Shown here: positions 37,430 through 50,479 of the stretch, piece after piece
How the letters are laid out: each line of letters starts with the position of its first letter
How positions within the stretch are numbered: the stretch's first letter is position 1
From: Octopus sinensis
Lineage: Eukaryota
Reading direction: 5' to 3'
Length of the DNA: 64,000 nt
Assembly: GCF_006345805.1 (NCBI RefSeq)
Contig: NW_021836142.1
Span: 124,001 to 188,000, forward strand
Notes under the pieces: generated by a model
Told to the model about the DNA's origin: nothing
Database searches by the model: none
What the model saw: the letters and a program-made list of their open reading frames with translations, nothing else
Made by a program: the position numbers and the translations under genes

Positions 37430-37842
37430 GCGGCGAGCTGGCTGAAATGTTAGCGTGCCGAGCAAAATGCTTAGCGGTATTTCGTCTGCCGTTACGTTCT
37501 GAGTTCAAATTCCTCCGAGGTCGACATTGCCTTTCATCCTTTCGGGGTCGATTAAATAAGTACCAGTTATGCACTAGGGTCGATATAATTGACTTAATCT
37601 GTTTGTCTGTCCTTGTTTGTCCTTTCTGTGTTTAGCCCCTTGTGAGTAGTAAAGAAATAGGTATTTCGTCTGCGCGACATTCTGAGTTCAAATTCCACCA
37701 AGGTCGACTTTGCCTTTCATCCTTTCGGGGTCGATAAATAAAGTACCAGTTACGCACTGGGGTCGATGTCATCGACTTAATCCCTCTGCCTGTCCTTGTT
37801 TGTCCCCTCTATGTTTAGCCCCTTGTGGGCAATAAAGAAATA
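37430..37842 (+). mobile_element. Dimeric family B SINE with a 17-bp TSD
   Basis: AATATATATTGTGAAAT at 37413-37429 and 37843-37859 flanks a monomer plus a 5'-truncated monomer. Confidence 0.92.
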
Positions 37843-38504
37843 AATATATATTGTGAAATCCTTGAACATCACAAATTCTCATTTATTCTTCCATAAAAAT
37901 CTTCAGATCCATGCCAATTTTAAAAAAAAAACAATGGCTTTGAATTGCTTTTACATAATCTTAAAAAAAAAACCCCTATGCTATTATGATTTCAAACAAG
38001 TATTTAACCTGAGATAATGTTTAACTAATAACTAATGTTTCAGGAAAACAAGTAAATTTCTCTGAACATTAAAAAAGAAAAAAAAAGCTCATTTCAGAAA
38101 ATATCATCTTCTTTCCTTTCCTGACTGATTTATATAGTGGTAGCTTGATAAGATCAACGTCTGTTGAACTGCATAATTCCACAGTATATTTAACTGTAGC
38201 CAAAATAAGAGAAATAATAGAGGTCAAACGGTGAACTGGATAAAATATTGGACTCAAAGAATCATGACTTTGAATATTCTACTGACATTATTTCATTGTT
38301 TTTCAGAACAGAATACTATACACTAGATTGCTTTAATTTATCTGGTTATTGTAAATATGTATCAGGATTTTCAAATTTCTGCGGAATAGGAAACAGGACT
38401 CATTGTCCACCTTTTGAATCATGTATCTGAATATTTCATTAGCACCAGTACTGAGCTATTTGTGTGTGTGTGTCTGCACATTTATTGGTTAAATTAAATG
38501 TATG

Positions 38505-38800
38505 CAACATGACTAAATAGTAAGAAGTTATTTCACGCTAAGAGTTGCTGGAGCATGGAACAAACTGCCAGCATCAGTTGTTAGTTGTCGGAGCACTGCG
38601 CCCTTCAAAACTTCCATGCTTCCTGAGATTCGCCAACACTACACCTGATTTTCTTCCCTACATACACACGCAAGCATGTATCTGACTCATACACCGTTCA
38701 CTTCCCAGACATTTGTACATTAATGCATATGCTTTGTATGCAGTTTCGACAAATTGTGGTACACCTGAGCACTATACATTAATTTCATTATTGTTATTAT
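38505..38800 (+). mobile_element. CR1-like LINE 3' end
   Basis: YFTLRVAGAWNKLPASVVSCRSTAPFK matches the FFxxRVxxxWNxLPxxVV...FK pattern; (TTA)n tail. Confidence 0.75.
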
Positions 38801-39109
38801 TATAAGTTTGCTTCATAACCACGACTCAAGCCTCACATAGAAGTATGTCACATGAATTATACTTGTAATTTAAACGTTCAGCCTCATCATAGTGTATTGT
38901 GATGATTCCTTCAGAAAATCACATGAAATATACTTTTGTTTGGTGAACATTTGAGCATTTAGTAGAATGACACAACTGAGTTCTTATCATCAAGACTGTC
39001 CAAGATCCATTTAGATTATTACTTCACAAGTCCTCACTGATACACCAAGTTTCTATACTATAGATGTTTTTCAAACCAACTGATAAGAGATATGGTTTTC
39101 ATTGAGTCT

Positions 39110-39480
39110 TTTATATAAAAGCACCATTTGAGCATTACCAGCGTTGCCTTACTGGTACTTGTGCTGGTGGCACGAGAACAAAACATTCGAGCAAGGTCAT
39201 TGCCAGTGCCGCTGGAGACACTCCTGTGCAGGTGGCACATAAAAAAAAACACCATTTCAAGCATGGCCGTTGCCAGTACTGCCAGACTGGCCCTCGTGCT
39301 AGTGGTATGTAAAAAGCACCCACTACACTCTCGGAGTGGTTGGCGTTAGGAAGGGCATCCAGCTGTAGAAACTCTGCCAGATCAGATTGGAACCTGGCAC
39401 AGCCATCTGGTTCGCCAGTCCTCAGTCAAATTGTCCAACCCATGCTAGCATGGAAAGCGGATGTTAAATGATGATGATGA
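39110..39480 (+). mobile_element. Family C repeat with ~4 internal units
   Basis: Unit motifs at ~39116, 39176, 39240 and 39310; conserved module; (GAT)n. Confidence 0.82.
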
Positions 39481-39864
39481 TTTCCATGGTCATTGCTCTG
39501 GTGAACTTTATGGTCCAGTAACCCTTCTCAAAACCTTTAACTGTATCACTCACCTCTCTTCACAGGTGCAACATTACACTGTTGAGATTCCTGTTAGTCA
39601 TATGTCTTTATATTCTAATAGCTTCTCTTCCTGCCCTGCTACTTTCTAGAACTAACTACCATTGTCTTGATTCCCTCTGGTCTATGAAATTCAATCCCTT
39701 AAGAATTCTGTCTATCAATATCTTTTAAATTTATAGGTACCCATCTTTTTCTCCTCTGTAGTCCCTTTTTCAACATTGGCTAGATGTATACACTTTAAGA
39801 TAGTGAAGTTTATCCCTCCTTCTCAAAATCTTTACTTCTCAGAGCATTATATTCTATTAAATCA

Positions 39865-40253
39865 CTAGCAGTATCTCTTGGCGTTGCTTGGGTTTGTTTC
39901 AACCCTTTAGAATTGGAATTTTTGGAAAGTAAAAATTTTGCATTATGTAGCTTATTCTCTTTAAGTGAACATTTTTCTGGTTGAAATACATCGAAAAATG
40001 GTGACACAGCAGTAAAAAAATCATAAAAAATAGGGATTTTCATAGGAAAAGAGCACCTTTTTGCTGTAAATAATTTTTGGTGTTAACACGGTCTGATTTG
40101 AATTTTTTCTTCTACGGAATTATGAGCAAGCCTTCTTCTATCATGCTTTCAATTTTGGTCAACTTGCACTGCAAGGTCTCGGAGGAGAGAGTATTAGTTG
40201 AAGGCTACAAAACCTGCAATACACAAACAACTTCAGCCTTATATATAGAGAGA
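39865..40253 (-). mobile_element. Non-autonomous Helitron
   Basis: Same termini as 3774-4157 (A|CTAGCAGTATC...GGCGTTGCT on +; TATATAGAGAGA|T at the other end) with a different body. Confidence 0.72.
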
Positions 40254-41206
40254 TTTAATAGTAAAGCTAACATAGTAAAATGACCCTCCTCTCGAGGTAC
40301 AACAATATAACTAAGGTATTTATTCTATGATGTCTGATGTATTTATTCTCTCCCATATCATCTGAAAGAACTGCAAAATAATAATGAAGTTCCTTTTCTT
40401 TAGCTTATATCTGAGATTATTGTTAATTTAACATTTCTATAATTGACATGTGCAATTCATATCTCTTCTTAGTATTGACTGATGAAATAAAGAAAGAAAA
40501 AAACTACAAAAGATTACAAAATTTCAGAATAATTGTTCTTGTGTAGTTTGTTGAATTTCTTGTCAAAGAAACATGCAATTTGTATTAGTTTCCCATACAC
40601 AGTCAATAAATTTAAAGTGTGTAGTAGTAGTAGTAGTAGTAGTAGTAAAAACTGCTCTTGAAATACAAACTCTCATGATAGTTTAGTTTCTTATGTATTT
40701 TCATTTCTCTCCTACAAATAATTCCAATATTTAATCAAGTACACTTGAGCAATACTTCCAGGCAAAGATACACTGCAAATTATTGCTGAACGTAAAGGAA
40801 TATTCAACCAGTGGCTGATTCAGATTACTAACTTTTCCATCAAGTACAAAATTCTAATCCAACACTTTCATTGAATATAAGAACAATAACTGGTCTTACA
40901 ACGTCATAATTATCAGCAACAATGAAAATAATCACTACAGTCTCTTTTCTTATATTGTAGGTATTCAATAGAGAATTATCTTTTCTATGGTCATTAGACT
41001 TAGACTTTATCCATACTTTAATGGATTTAGATAGGGTTTTAGGTAATCATACAAATCTCATTCCCTAGTAATCCTTTCATTCTGGTTTGTATATTATTGG
41101 TCTCTTTTGATTTCCTACTGAATTACAAGACAAAAACAGGACACAGTTTAAACATCTGCTGTTGACATAAGCATGTACATAGACAGGGTTAAAGACGCTC
41201 ATACAT

Positions 41207-41510
41207 TGTGGAGGCGCATCGCCTAGTGGTTAGGGCAGTGGACTCGCGGTTGAGGGATCGTGGGTTCGAATCTCAGACTGAGCGATGTCTGTGTTTATGA
41301 GTGAAACACCTAAGCTCCACACGGCTCCAGCAGAAGGTAATGGTGAACTTCTGCTGACTCTTTTACCACAACTTTCTCTCACTCTTTCCTCCTGCATCTT
41401 GCAGCTCACCTGCGACAGACCGGCGTCCCATCCAGGTGGGGAACGTATATGCCAAGGAAACAGGGAAACCGGTGCCTATGAGCCAGGCGTGGCTCGCGAG
41501 GGAACAAAAA
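41207..41510 (+). mobile_element. Family D' SINE
   Basis: Matches 4742-5050. Confidence 0.85.
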
Positions 41511-41934
41511 CACTCATGCATTAACTCACACATACACGATGTCATCTTGAAGGATATAAAAGGACTGGCATGAGACTCCCAGTGATGGTGAGCACTTGTG
41601 AACCTGGTCAGCTCTATGCACAATAACACCCTTGGGACCACTAAAGGGGATGACTTCAGCCTCATCAAGTAAGAGCATGAAGCATTGGGATGTAATTGAA
41701 TAGAATCCAAAAACACACATGCTGATACACACACACACACACAAATACACACGCTGCAATTCAATCAGTAGTGAACACTACACCTATTAGAAAGTAAATG
41801 AATATGTCAATTTTTGCATTGAAGAGATTTTTACCTTCTAAATTCATAATGCAATTTTTAATTGTAAAATATGAATGAATGGAGATATTGAAATGCGTGT
41901 AGACATTATGAAATTGATTGTTATACTCTCTTTT

Positions 41935-42642
41935 ACACTTCTACTTATTTCAGTCATTTCACTGTGGCCATGCTGGAGCACCACCTTTAGTTGAGAAAAT
42001 CAACCCCAGGACTTATTCTTTGTAAGCCTAGTACTTATTCTATCGGTCTCTTTTGCCGAACTGCTAAGTTACAGGGATGTAAACACACAACAATCGGTTA
42101 TCAAGCAATGTGGGGGGCACAAACACAAACACATAAACACACACACATACATATATATACATATATACGACGGGCTTCTTTCAGTTTCCGTCTACCAAAT
42201 CCACTCACAAGGCTTTGGTCAGCCTGAGGCTATAGAAGAAGACACTCGTCCAAGGTGCCATGCAGTGGGAATGAACCCAGAACCATGTGGTTGGTAAGCA
42301 CACAGACACACACACACATATATATATAGAAGCACTCCGTCGGTTATGACGACAATGGTCCCAGCTGATACAATCAACAGAACAGCTTGCTCATGAAATT
42401 TACGTGCAAGTGTCTGAGCAATTCACAGCTAAGTGTACCCTTAACGTAGTTCTCAGGGAGATTCAGTGTGACACAGAGTGTGACAAGGCTGGCCCTTTGA
42501 AATGCAGGTACTACTCATTTTTGCCAGCTGAGTGGACTGGAGTAATGTGAAATAAAGTGTCTTGCTCAAGGACACAACACGTCACCAGAAATTGAACTCA
42601 TGCCCTTACAATCGTGAGCTGAATGCCCTAACCACTAAGCCA
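41935..42642 (-). mobile_element. Family A SINE (~41935-42305) abutting a D-tailed SINE (~42328-42642)
   Basis: Reverse complement of the A consensus and of the D 3' half, joined to a different head. Confidence 0.8.
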
Positions 42643-42900
42643 GTTTATGTGAAACGTCTTTTGAGTGTATTCATGCACAACTAAAGCATGGAGTTTGGGG
42701 AAACATATGTAGCAATGCACTAATAGATTTATGAATTTCCAACCAAAAGTTCTTGCTATCACTGTACATACATATATATATATATATATATATGAGAGGA
42801 ATTACCAATTTACTGAACCTTCAGATTTTAATATACTAGACCACTGGTTCTAAATTGATGTTAGTCAAATTAATATCCAATTTTTCACCCTCATTTTAAA

Positions 42901-42935
<35 letters not shown>

Positions 42936-43229
42936 CAACAGATGGATAATGGTTCATTCACTACAGCTGTTTCCAATGAGTTTTTTTTATTGATGAATAG
43001 AAAAAAAAATTCATCAGTTGAATGTATACAGATTACACATTTAAGACATTCCAAAAGTCACCAATTTGTGCTACTTCATGATTTTTTTACTAGTGATAGT
43101 CAAAAGAATTGTAATATACATGATTCCTTTTGTTTGACCTGGTCAGATGCTTAATCATTTAAGTACCTGATTCACTTAAAACCTGAACTCTTATATATAT
43201 GTATGTTTGGATTAACTTTATTTATTTAT

Positions 43230-43455
43230 ATATATATATATATAGTTAATCCAAACACGAACAAAGAGAAAACACAACAATGCGAGGACGTGGAACAAGT
43301 ATAGTGTTATTGAACACTCAAGAAAGGAAATAAAGAAGGAGGATTTAACGTTTTGAGCAGAGCTCTTCATCAGAAATATAGGAAAAGAGAAAAGTCCAAG
43401 GAAGGGAAGACGGAGAAAGAAAATCGCCAACGATACACACACAGTCACATATTGA
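43230..43455 (-). mobile_element. Short (TA)n-embedded Penelope-terminus-like repeat containing a hammerhead motif
   Basis: Flanked by (TA)n on both sides; hammerhead-like motif at 43343-43377. Confidence 0.55.
43343..43377 (-). ncRNA. Minimal type I hammerhead motif with a G12->A change (probably inactive)
   Basis: AUUU-CUGAUGA-A-GAGC(UCU)GCUC-[A]AA-ACGU-U-AAAU: stems I and II pair, stem III is palindromic. Confidence 0.5.
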
Positions 43456-43979
43456 ATATATATATATATATAGAGAGAGAGAGATAGAGATACATATATG
43501 TGTTATATGATGTTAATGTACAAGTCACAGGAGATTAAAGTAGTTAGATGAAGTCACACAAAGGATAATTAGAGGATATATTATGAATTTAGTTATTCAA
43601 GTTGAAATGATACAATCTATGAAGAATGGGAAGTATGCTAATGCGAAAACTGTCTCAAAGAAATGTTATGTCAGTAACGATGATAATAATTACATTCTAA
43701 TCAAGATTAGTGCCTTCAGTACCTAAATTGAATTTGAAAATTGTAACATATTTTCAAGAAATGGCTGAATTTAAATAGCCAACTAACTCGTTGATTTACT
43801 GTTAATGACCAGAGGAAATGCAATACATACTCCTTATGAGAATGAGATTAAATTACAATCCTTCAATGAACTTAACTACAAGAGATTCCAGCATAGCTCA
43901 TTACCTAAACATGAAATAATGTGAGAAGAATTAAATAATGAATGGATAAAATAGTTAAATACTTGAATCTTATAAATCC

Positions 43980-44384
43980 GTGTGCACACACACACACATG
44001 CACACACAAGCACACACACAAACACACACACGCACATATGAGTGCAAGAATACATGCATTTACACACTCACACAAACACAAGCACTCACACAAACACACA
44101 AACACACACACAAACACACACACACAAACACAGCACTCACACAAACACACACACACAAACACAAGCACTCACACAAACACTCACACAAACACGCACACAC
44201 AAACACAACACTCACACAACACAACACACACACACCAAACACAAGCACTCACACAAAACACACCACACACACACAAACACAAGCACTCACACAAACACAC
44301 ACACACACAAACACAAGCACTCACACAAACACACACACACACAAACACAAGCACTCACACAAACACCACACACACACACAAACA

Positions 44385-44415
<31 letters not shown>

Positions 44416-44855
44416 AACACAAGCACTCACACAAACACACACACACACACACACAAACACAAGCACTCACACAAACACACACACACACAAACACAAGCAC
44501 TCACACAAACACACACACACACAAACACAAGCACTCACACAAACACACACACACACAAACACAGCACTCACACAAACACACACACACACAAACACAAGCA
44601 CTCACACAAACACACACACACACACAAACACAAGCACTCACACAAACACACACACACACAAACACAAGCACTCACACAAACACACACACACAAACACAAG
44701 CACTCACACAAACACAAGCACTCACACAAACACACACACACACACAAACACAAGCACTCACACAAACACACACACACACAAACACAAGCACTCATACAAA
44801 CACACACATGCACATGTGAGTGCAAGAATACATGCATTTACACACTCACACAGCT
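43980..44855. repeat. CA-rich minisatellite (CACAAACACAAGCACTCACACAAACA...) bracketed by a ~40-bp direct repeat
   Basis: GAGTGCAAGAATACATGCATTTACACACTCACACA at 44040 and 44818. Confidence 0.92.
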
Positions 44856-45691
44856 CTACACACATAAAGTTAATCTGTCTTGAGCCTACATGGTCATTAG
44901 GCTGAAGCTTGTTCCAGTTTACTAAGCATGTAAAGGCTTCTTTCACTGAACTCCAGGCTTACTGAAGTAATACTTTCAAGGGGTTTTAGCCAATTATATT
45001 ATTGTCAGTAATTGGTACTTATTCAATTGACCTCTACTTGTCAAGCCACTAAGAAGTGCAACATGAAATGCAAAACTAGTTTTGTTTTGACCACTATAAA
45101 TGTAAGCACATACACTACATATATATTAATATGTATTAGAATGAGTACTTAATTAAGAATTAACCCCAATTTGTCAACCTACAAAAAGACTTTGGTAGGG
45201 TTCCATGCTTTGCAATTAGGTGGTCACTAAGGACGCTCAAGTTAGCTGAATGGTTTGTAAACATTTCACAAGTCGTGCAGTGAATAATTAAGAAAAAAAA
45301 GCCCTTATCCAAGTGGTGTTAAATTATGATATAAATGCTTTCTTGTTCTCTATTTGTCTGTTCTTATACAGAAGTAAAAAAAACAATCAAAACCATTTAT
45401 TTTTATTTCCACAACAAATTATTTTCTAACATCCCTCTCTCTCTCTTTCAGAGAAGCACTGAGCAGCTATACGCACACATACACACACGGCAGTAACTTC
45501 CACCTACCGAATTCAATCACAAAGCTCCGGTCGGCTCAGGGCTATAGTGGACGACAACTACCCAAAGTGCCACGCAGTGGGACTGAATCCCAAACCATGT
45601 AGCTAGGAAGCAAGCTCCCTAACCACACAGCCATACCCATTAATAATAATATGATAAGCTCATTGGATTCTGTCAAACCATCTAACTCATG

Positions 45692-47381
45692 CCAGCATGG
45701 GAGACAGACATTAAATGATGATGATGATGTTGATGATATGTTATATCTTCTTTTATCCTTTTATTCTTTGATTTGTTTCAATCACTGGATTGTGGCCATG
45801 CTGGGGCACTCTCTTGAAGGCTTTTTTAGTCAAACAAATCAATCCCTGTTCTTACATTTTTAAGTCATGCACTAATCTTATGAATCTCTTTTACTAAACC
45901 ACTAGGTTATGGGGATATAAACAAACCAACGTCAGTCGTCAAGCTGCAATGGTGGGAAACAAGCTCACATTGATCCAAAGTCAGTGAGATGAGAGTCAGC
46001 AATGAGTTAAGCCATGAATTTGTCATTCAGGTAGAAGTTTATTCGGGTTCAGGTAGAGATTTATTAGCCCCCTTTTTTTTTTATTCATTATTGTCCTCAA
46101 ATCTATGACTGGCTGCTGATGGAAACTCCTGTAAGTTGGTGACATGGTTCTTATTGCTGAACCTGTGGTATAATTAAAGAAATTCTTGATATGGGGTAAA
46201 AACTAGAATCAAGTGACTTGAAAGAAAACTAAGCAAATTCTAAAGTATTAGGAAAGAAGACAGTACATAGCTACTATCAGTGAAATGACCCCTAATTGAT
46301 GATATGTAGAAAAGGAGATGGTAGAAAGACAATGCAGTAAAATCAAGGTAAACGATAGACATTCAAGAACTGTAGTGTAATCACAAATAGGTGAATAGAG
46401 AAGGTATATTTCACAGGTGGCAGGTGCATGGTGGCAAAAAGCACTAAATGCACAAACAGAATAGATGTTTTTAACCCTTTCGTTACCAACCCGGCTGAAA
46501 CAGGTTCTGGCCCTGTAGTACAAATTGTCTTGTTTTCATAAGTTTTGAATTAAAATCTTCCACCAAACCTTAGTCACAATTTATGTTCCTAGCACTAGCT
46601 GAATGATAACTAAGTTATTTTATTAAATTCTTTGTTATATTTAACCCTTTCATTACCGTATTTATCTTGAGATACTCTGCGTTTCTTTCAATTATTTTAA
46701 ATATAACAAAGAATTTAGTAAAATAACTTTGTTATCATTAAACTAGTGTTGGGAACATAAATTGTGACTAAGGTTTGGTGGAAGATTTTAATTCAAAACT
46801 TATGAAAACAAGACATTTGTACTACAGAGCCACAGCCGGTTTCAGCCAGGTTGGTAATGAAAGGGTTAAAGTAATTTTAAAAAACACAGAGTATCTCAAA
46901 ATAAATACAATAACGAAAGGGTTAAATGCTAGAGTGGATCTCTGGTAGTAGGTGATTGCTTTTGATCTAATTAGCAGTGGGATGGGATCTTCTGAACATA
47001 GAGTAACCAAGGTAAGAATGAATTGGGAAAAGCTTAGCGAGTCATTAAATCTTCTGGTAACAAAGGGTTACTTTCTTAGAAGGAAGGACTGCTTGTGTAT
47101 GGAGAACAATACTGAATAACAGTGAGATGTGGGCTTTCAAAGCAGAGAATCTACAAATACTAGACAGAAATTAAACATGTTTTTTTTTTCTGCTGAATAT
47201 GTAATAGTGCACATGAATGACAGCTCATAAATATGCAAATAGGAAAACTGAACTCAAGTGGAGTCAGATGTAATGTACAAGAAAGAAGACAGTTTCCCAC
47301 TCAATCTCTATTTCTTCGTCCACTTGCTGACTCCATAACCCCCTTCTCTCTTTCTCTCACTACCCCTCTCTCTCTCTCTCC

Positions 47382-47420
<39 letters not shown>

Positions 47421-47702
47421 CCTACCTATTTATCTATCTATACCTACCTACCTACCAGCATGGGAGACAGACATTAAATGATGATGATATCTTCTTTTAT
47501 TCTTTGATTTGTTTCAGTCACTGGATTGTAGCCATGCTGGGGCACTCTCTTGAAGGCCTTTTTAGTCAAACAAATCAATCCCTGTACTTACATTTTTAAG
47601 TCATGCACTAATGACTTTCTTTTACTAAACCACTAGGTTAAGGGGATGTAAACAAACCAACGTCAGTCATCAAGCAGCTGTGGTGGGAAACAAACTCACA
47701 TT
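45692..47702 (+). repeat. ~250-280-bp direct repeat (45692-45971 / 47455-47702) spanning a SINE C tail / SINE A junction
   Basis: Both copies share the same junction and the same non-consensus variants. Confidence 0.85.
46475..46921. mobile_element. Self-nested piggyBac-type MITEs (inner copy 46645-46865)
   Basis: TTAA at 46471, 46641, 46866 and 46922; the inner copy is in the opposite orientation. Confidence 0.9.
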
Positions 47703-47744
47703 AATATAAATATACACATATAAATGACAGGCTACTTTCAGTTT

Positions 47745-48090
47745 CTTATTTCTTTATTGCCCACAAGGGGTTAAACATAGAAGGGGACAAACAAGGATAG
47801 ATAAAGGGATTAAGTCAATTACATCGACCCCAATGCCTAACTGGTACTTAATTTATCAACCCCGAAAGGATGGAAGGCACAGTCAACCTCGGTGGAATTT
47901 GAACTCAGAACATAATGGCAGACAAAATAATGCTAAGCATTTCACCCGGCATGCTAACATTTCTGCCTATCAAATCTAGTCAAAAGTTTTTGGTCAACCT
48001 TATGCTATAATAGAAGACACTTGCCCTAGGTGCCATGCAGTGGGACTGAACTTGGAACAATGTGGTTGTGAAAAATACTTCTTACCACTG
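47745..48090 (-). mobile_element. Family B SINE plus a family A fragment
   Basis: Reverse complement of the B consensus, then the A head half. Confidence 0.75.
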
Positions 48091-48560
48091 ATAGGTATAT
48101 TCACTTTCCTCTGTTTTCTCTATCCTTGACTTTTTGCTGCTAACTGTGTGGCCACATGTATTACTGCATATGCATGTCAGAAAGAGAGTTTAATCATATT
48201 AAGCAATTTCTTTAGCTCTAGTATATTCACAATCGGTAATGTTAAAAATCATTATTATTATTAATATATGTTACAAAAGAATTTGTTGTGGAAATAAAAA
48301 TAAATGGTTTTGATTGTTTTTTTACTTCTGTATAAGAACAGACAAATACAGAACAAGAAAGCATTTATATTATAATTTAACACCACTTGGATAAGGAGTT
48401 TCTTTTTCTTAATTATTCAAGTTTATTGTATATTATTTAACTTCAAATTTTTGTTTGCAATACTATAATGATGAAATAAAACCAAACTTAAAACCAAATT
48501 AATAAATCTATGTTATTAAATGTATATAATATAATATATTATAAAATAGTATGATATTAA

Positions 48561-48608
<48 letters not shown>

Positions 48609-48612
48609 CCAA

Positions 48613-48645
<33 letters not shown>

Positions 48646-48755
48646 CCATATACATTATGTATTTATACACATATCAATATGAATATGTTTGTGTATATAT
48701 ATATATATATTATGAATGTATACATATAGATACATATATATCATACACACATATG

Positions 48756-48787
<32 letters not shown>

Positions 48788-49934
48788 CATATGCATGTTT
48801 GTGTGTGTATATATATGTATATATAAGCTACACCATTAGAATTTGAGATAATATGAATAGTGAATTTTGAAAAAAAAATTATTTTAGAGATAAAGTGAAT
48901 TTTCTGTGAAATATGTAACATTTGAAAATAACATTTACAAATACCAAATTCAATATTCAATAAGTAAGTGAAAAGAAAATGAGATGAAATAGATATATTT
49001 GTTCAAGTAACTATTTTTAATACAATTCTTAACCATTAAGATAGAGAAGAACAGAAATATAGTCTGGCATGTTTCCATATGAATATATAGGTAGGAGTAT
49101 TTGATTTTTAACTTTACATACCTATGTGCATATATATAAATACACACTCATGCACACACATATATACGCATATATATATATGCATGTGTTTGTGTGTGCT
49201 TGTGTGTACATGAACACCACATTCTTATATATACATATATATATAATAGGTTTCTTTCATGCTCCATCTTCCAATTCTATACCAAATCTTTGGTTCCCCA
49301 ACGTGCCATGCTGCTGAGGATTGAAATCAAAACCACCCAGTGGGGAAGCAACCCTTTGAATAACACAGACATGTTTGCACCTATATGCATACTTCTCTCT
49401 CTCTCTCTCGATATATATATATATATATATTAAAGAAATGGTATAAGTAATGGTCTTTACATATTCTTTTATTCTTCAAATATCACAGTATAAATCTAAA
49501 GCTTATAAAGTATTTTGCCCAGATTGATAATCCCTCATTAATAGCACTTTATTGTATTATACATATATCATCATAATCATCATGTAGTTTTTTGTATATT
49601 GCACTACCCATGAAGGGTTATGGCCGTGCTTTTACCACCTCCATCATGTTGACATTTATAGGTGTAAATGTGAATATACATGTATTATAGTATGTGTGAT
49701 AGGTAAGTGTGGATTTCATTTCGAATGGGTTTGATGTTTTAGTAGCATTTTAATGTTCAATATTAGCTAAATTTTAAAGGATAAATTTCTAAGCACATGA
49801 ACTATGCATCTTTTAAAGTAAGTTTGTTTGCATTTGAGAATACTTAAACATTGTCCTCAAGTAAGTCAAATAAGTAATTTCTTTTTAGCAGTTCTATATA
49901 TCTCATAAGAAAGAACAATAATATTATATATATA

Positions 49935-50330
49935 TCTCATCATCATCATCATTTAACGTCTGTTGTCCATGCTGGCATGGGTTTGATGGTGTGACCTGAG
50001 CTGGCAAGTTGGGAAGTAGCACCTGACTCTAGTCTGATTTGGCATGGTTTCTATAGCTGGATGTCCTTCTTAATGCCAACCACTTTACAGTGTGTGTTGG
50101 ATGCTTTTACATGGCACCTCACAGGCACTTTTAAGTTTTTCCACATGGGTACCTTTACATGTCACAAAATGGTTGCCTTTATGTGGCACCACAGTGGTGC
50201 TTTTATGTGGTACTGCCACATGGGATTTACACCACCAGAAGGATCGGTCTTAACACTTCTCCTGGAGAGTATGGTTCTTCTTGAGTATGGCCAGGCACCA
50301 GGTACCTCAGTCCTTTGTCATCTCATTTGA
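49935..50330 (-). mobile_element. Family C repeat, degenerate
   Basis: (CAT)n, then the reverse-complement module. Confidence 0.7.
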
Positions 50331-50479
50331 GGTTTCAGCTTCCAAGGTCATTCCTTAGTACCTCATCCGATGTTTTCTTGAGCCTCCCACTTCCGCATGC
50401 TCTATCTACTTTGAGAGATTGGCACTTCTTTATGAAAAAGCAGCATTTTAGACTTACAACACTCTTGCATAATAGCAAC

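Larger units (their letters stand above)
45281..48419. repeat. 152-bp inverted repeat pair (45281-45432 / 48268-48419)
   Basis: Reverse-complement match with few differences (e.g. CCTTATCCAAGTGGTGTTAAATTAT). Confidence 0.85.

Noticed and set aside
43942-44905. 279-313-aa His/Thr/Gln-rich ORFs resembling His-rich structural proteins
   Set aside because: All three frames are open because the CA-rich minisatellite almost lacks T; no signal peptide or other domain.
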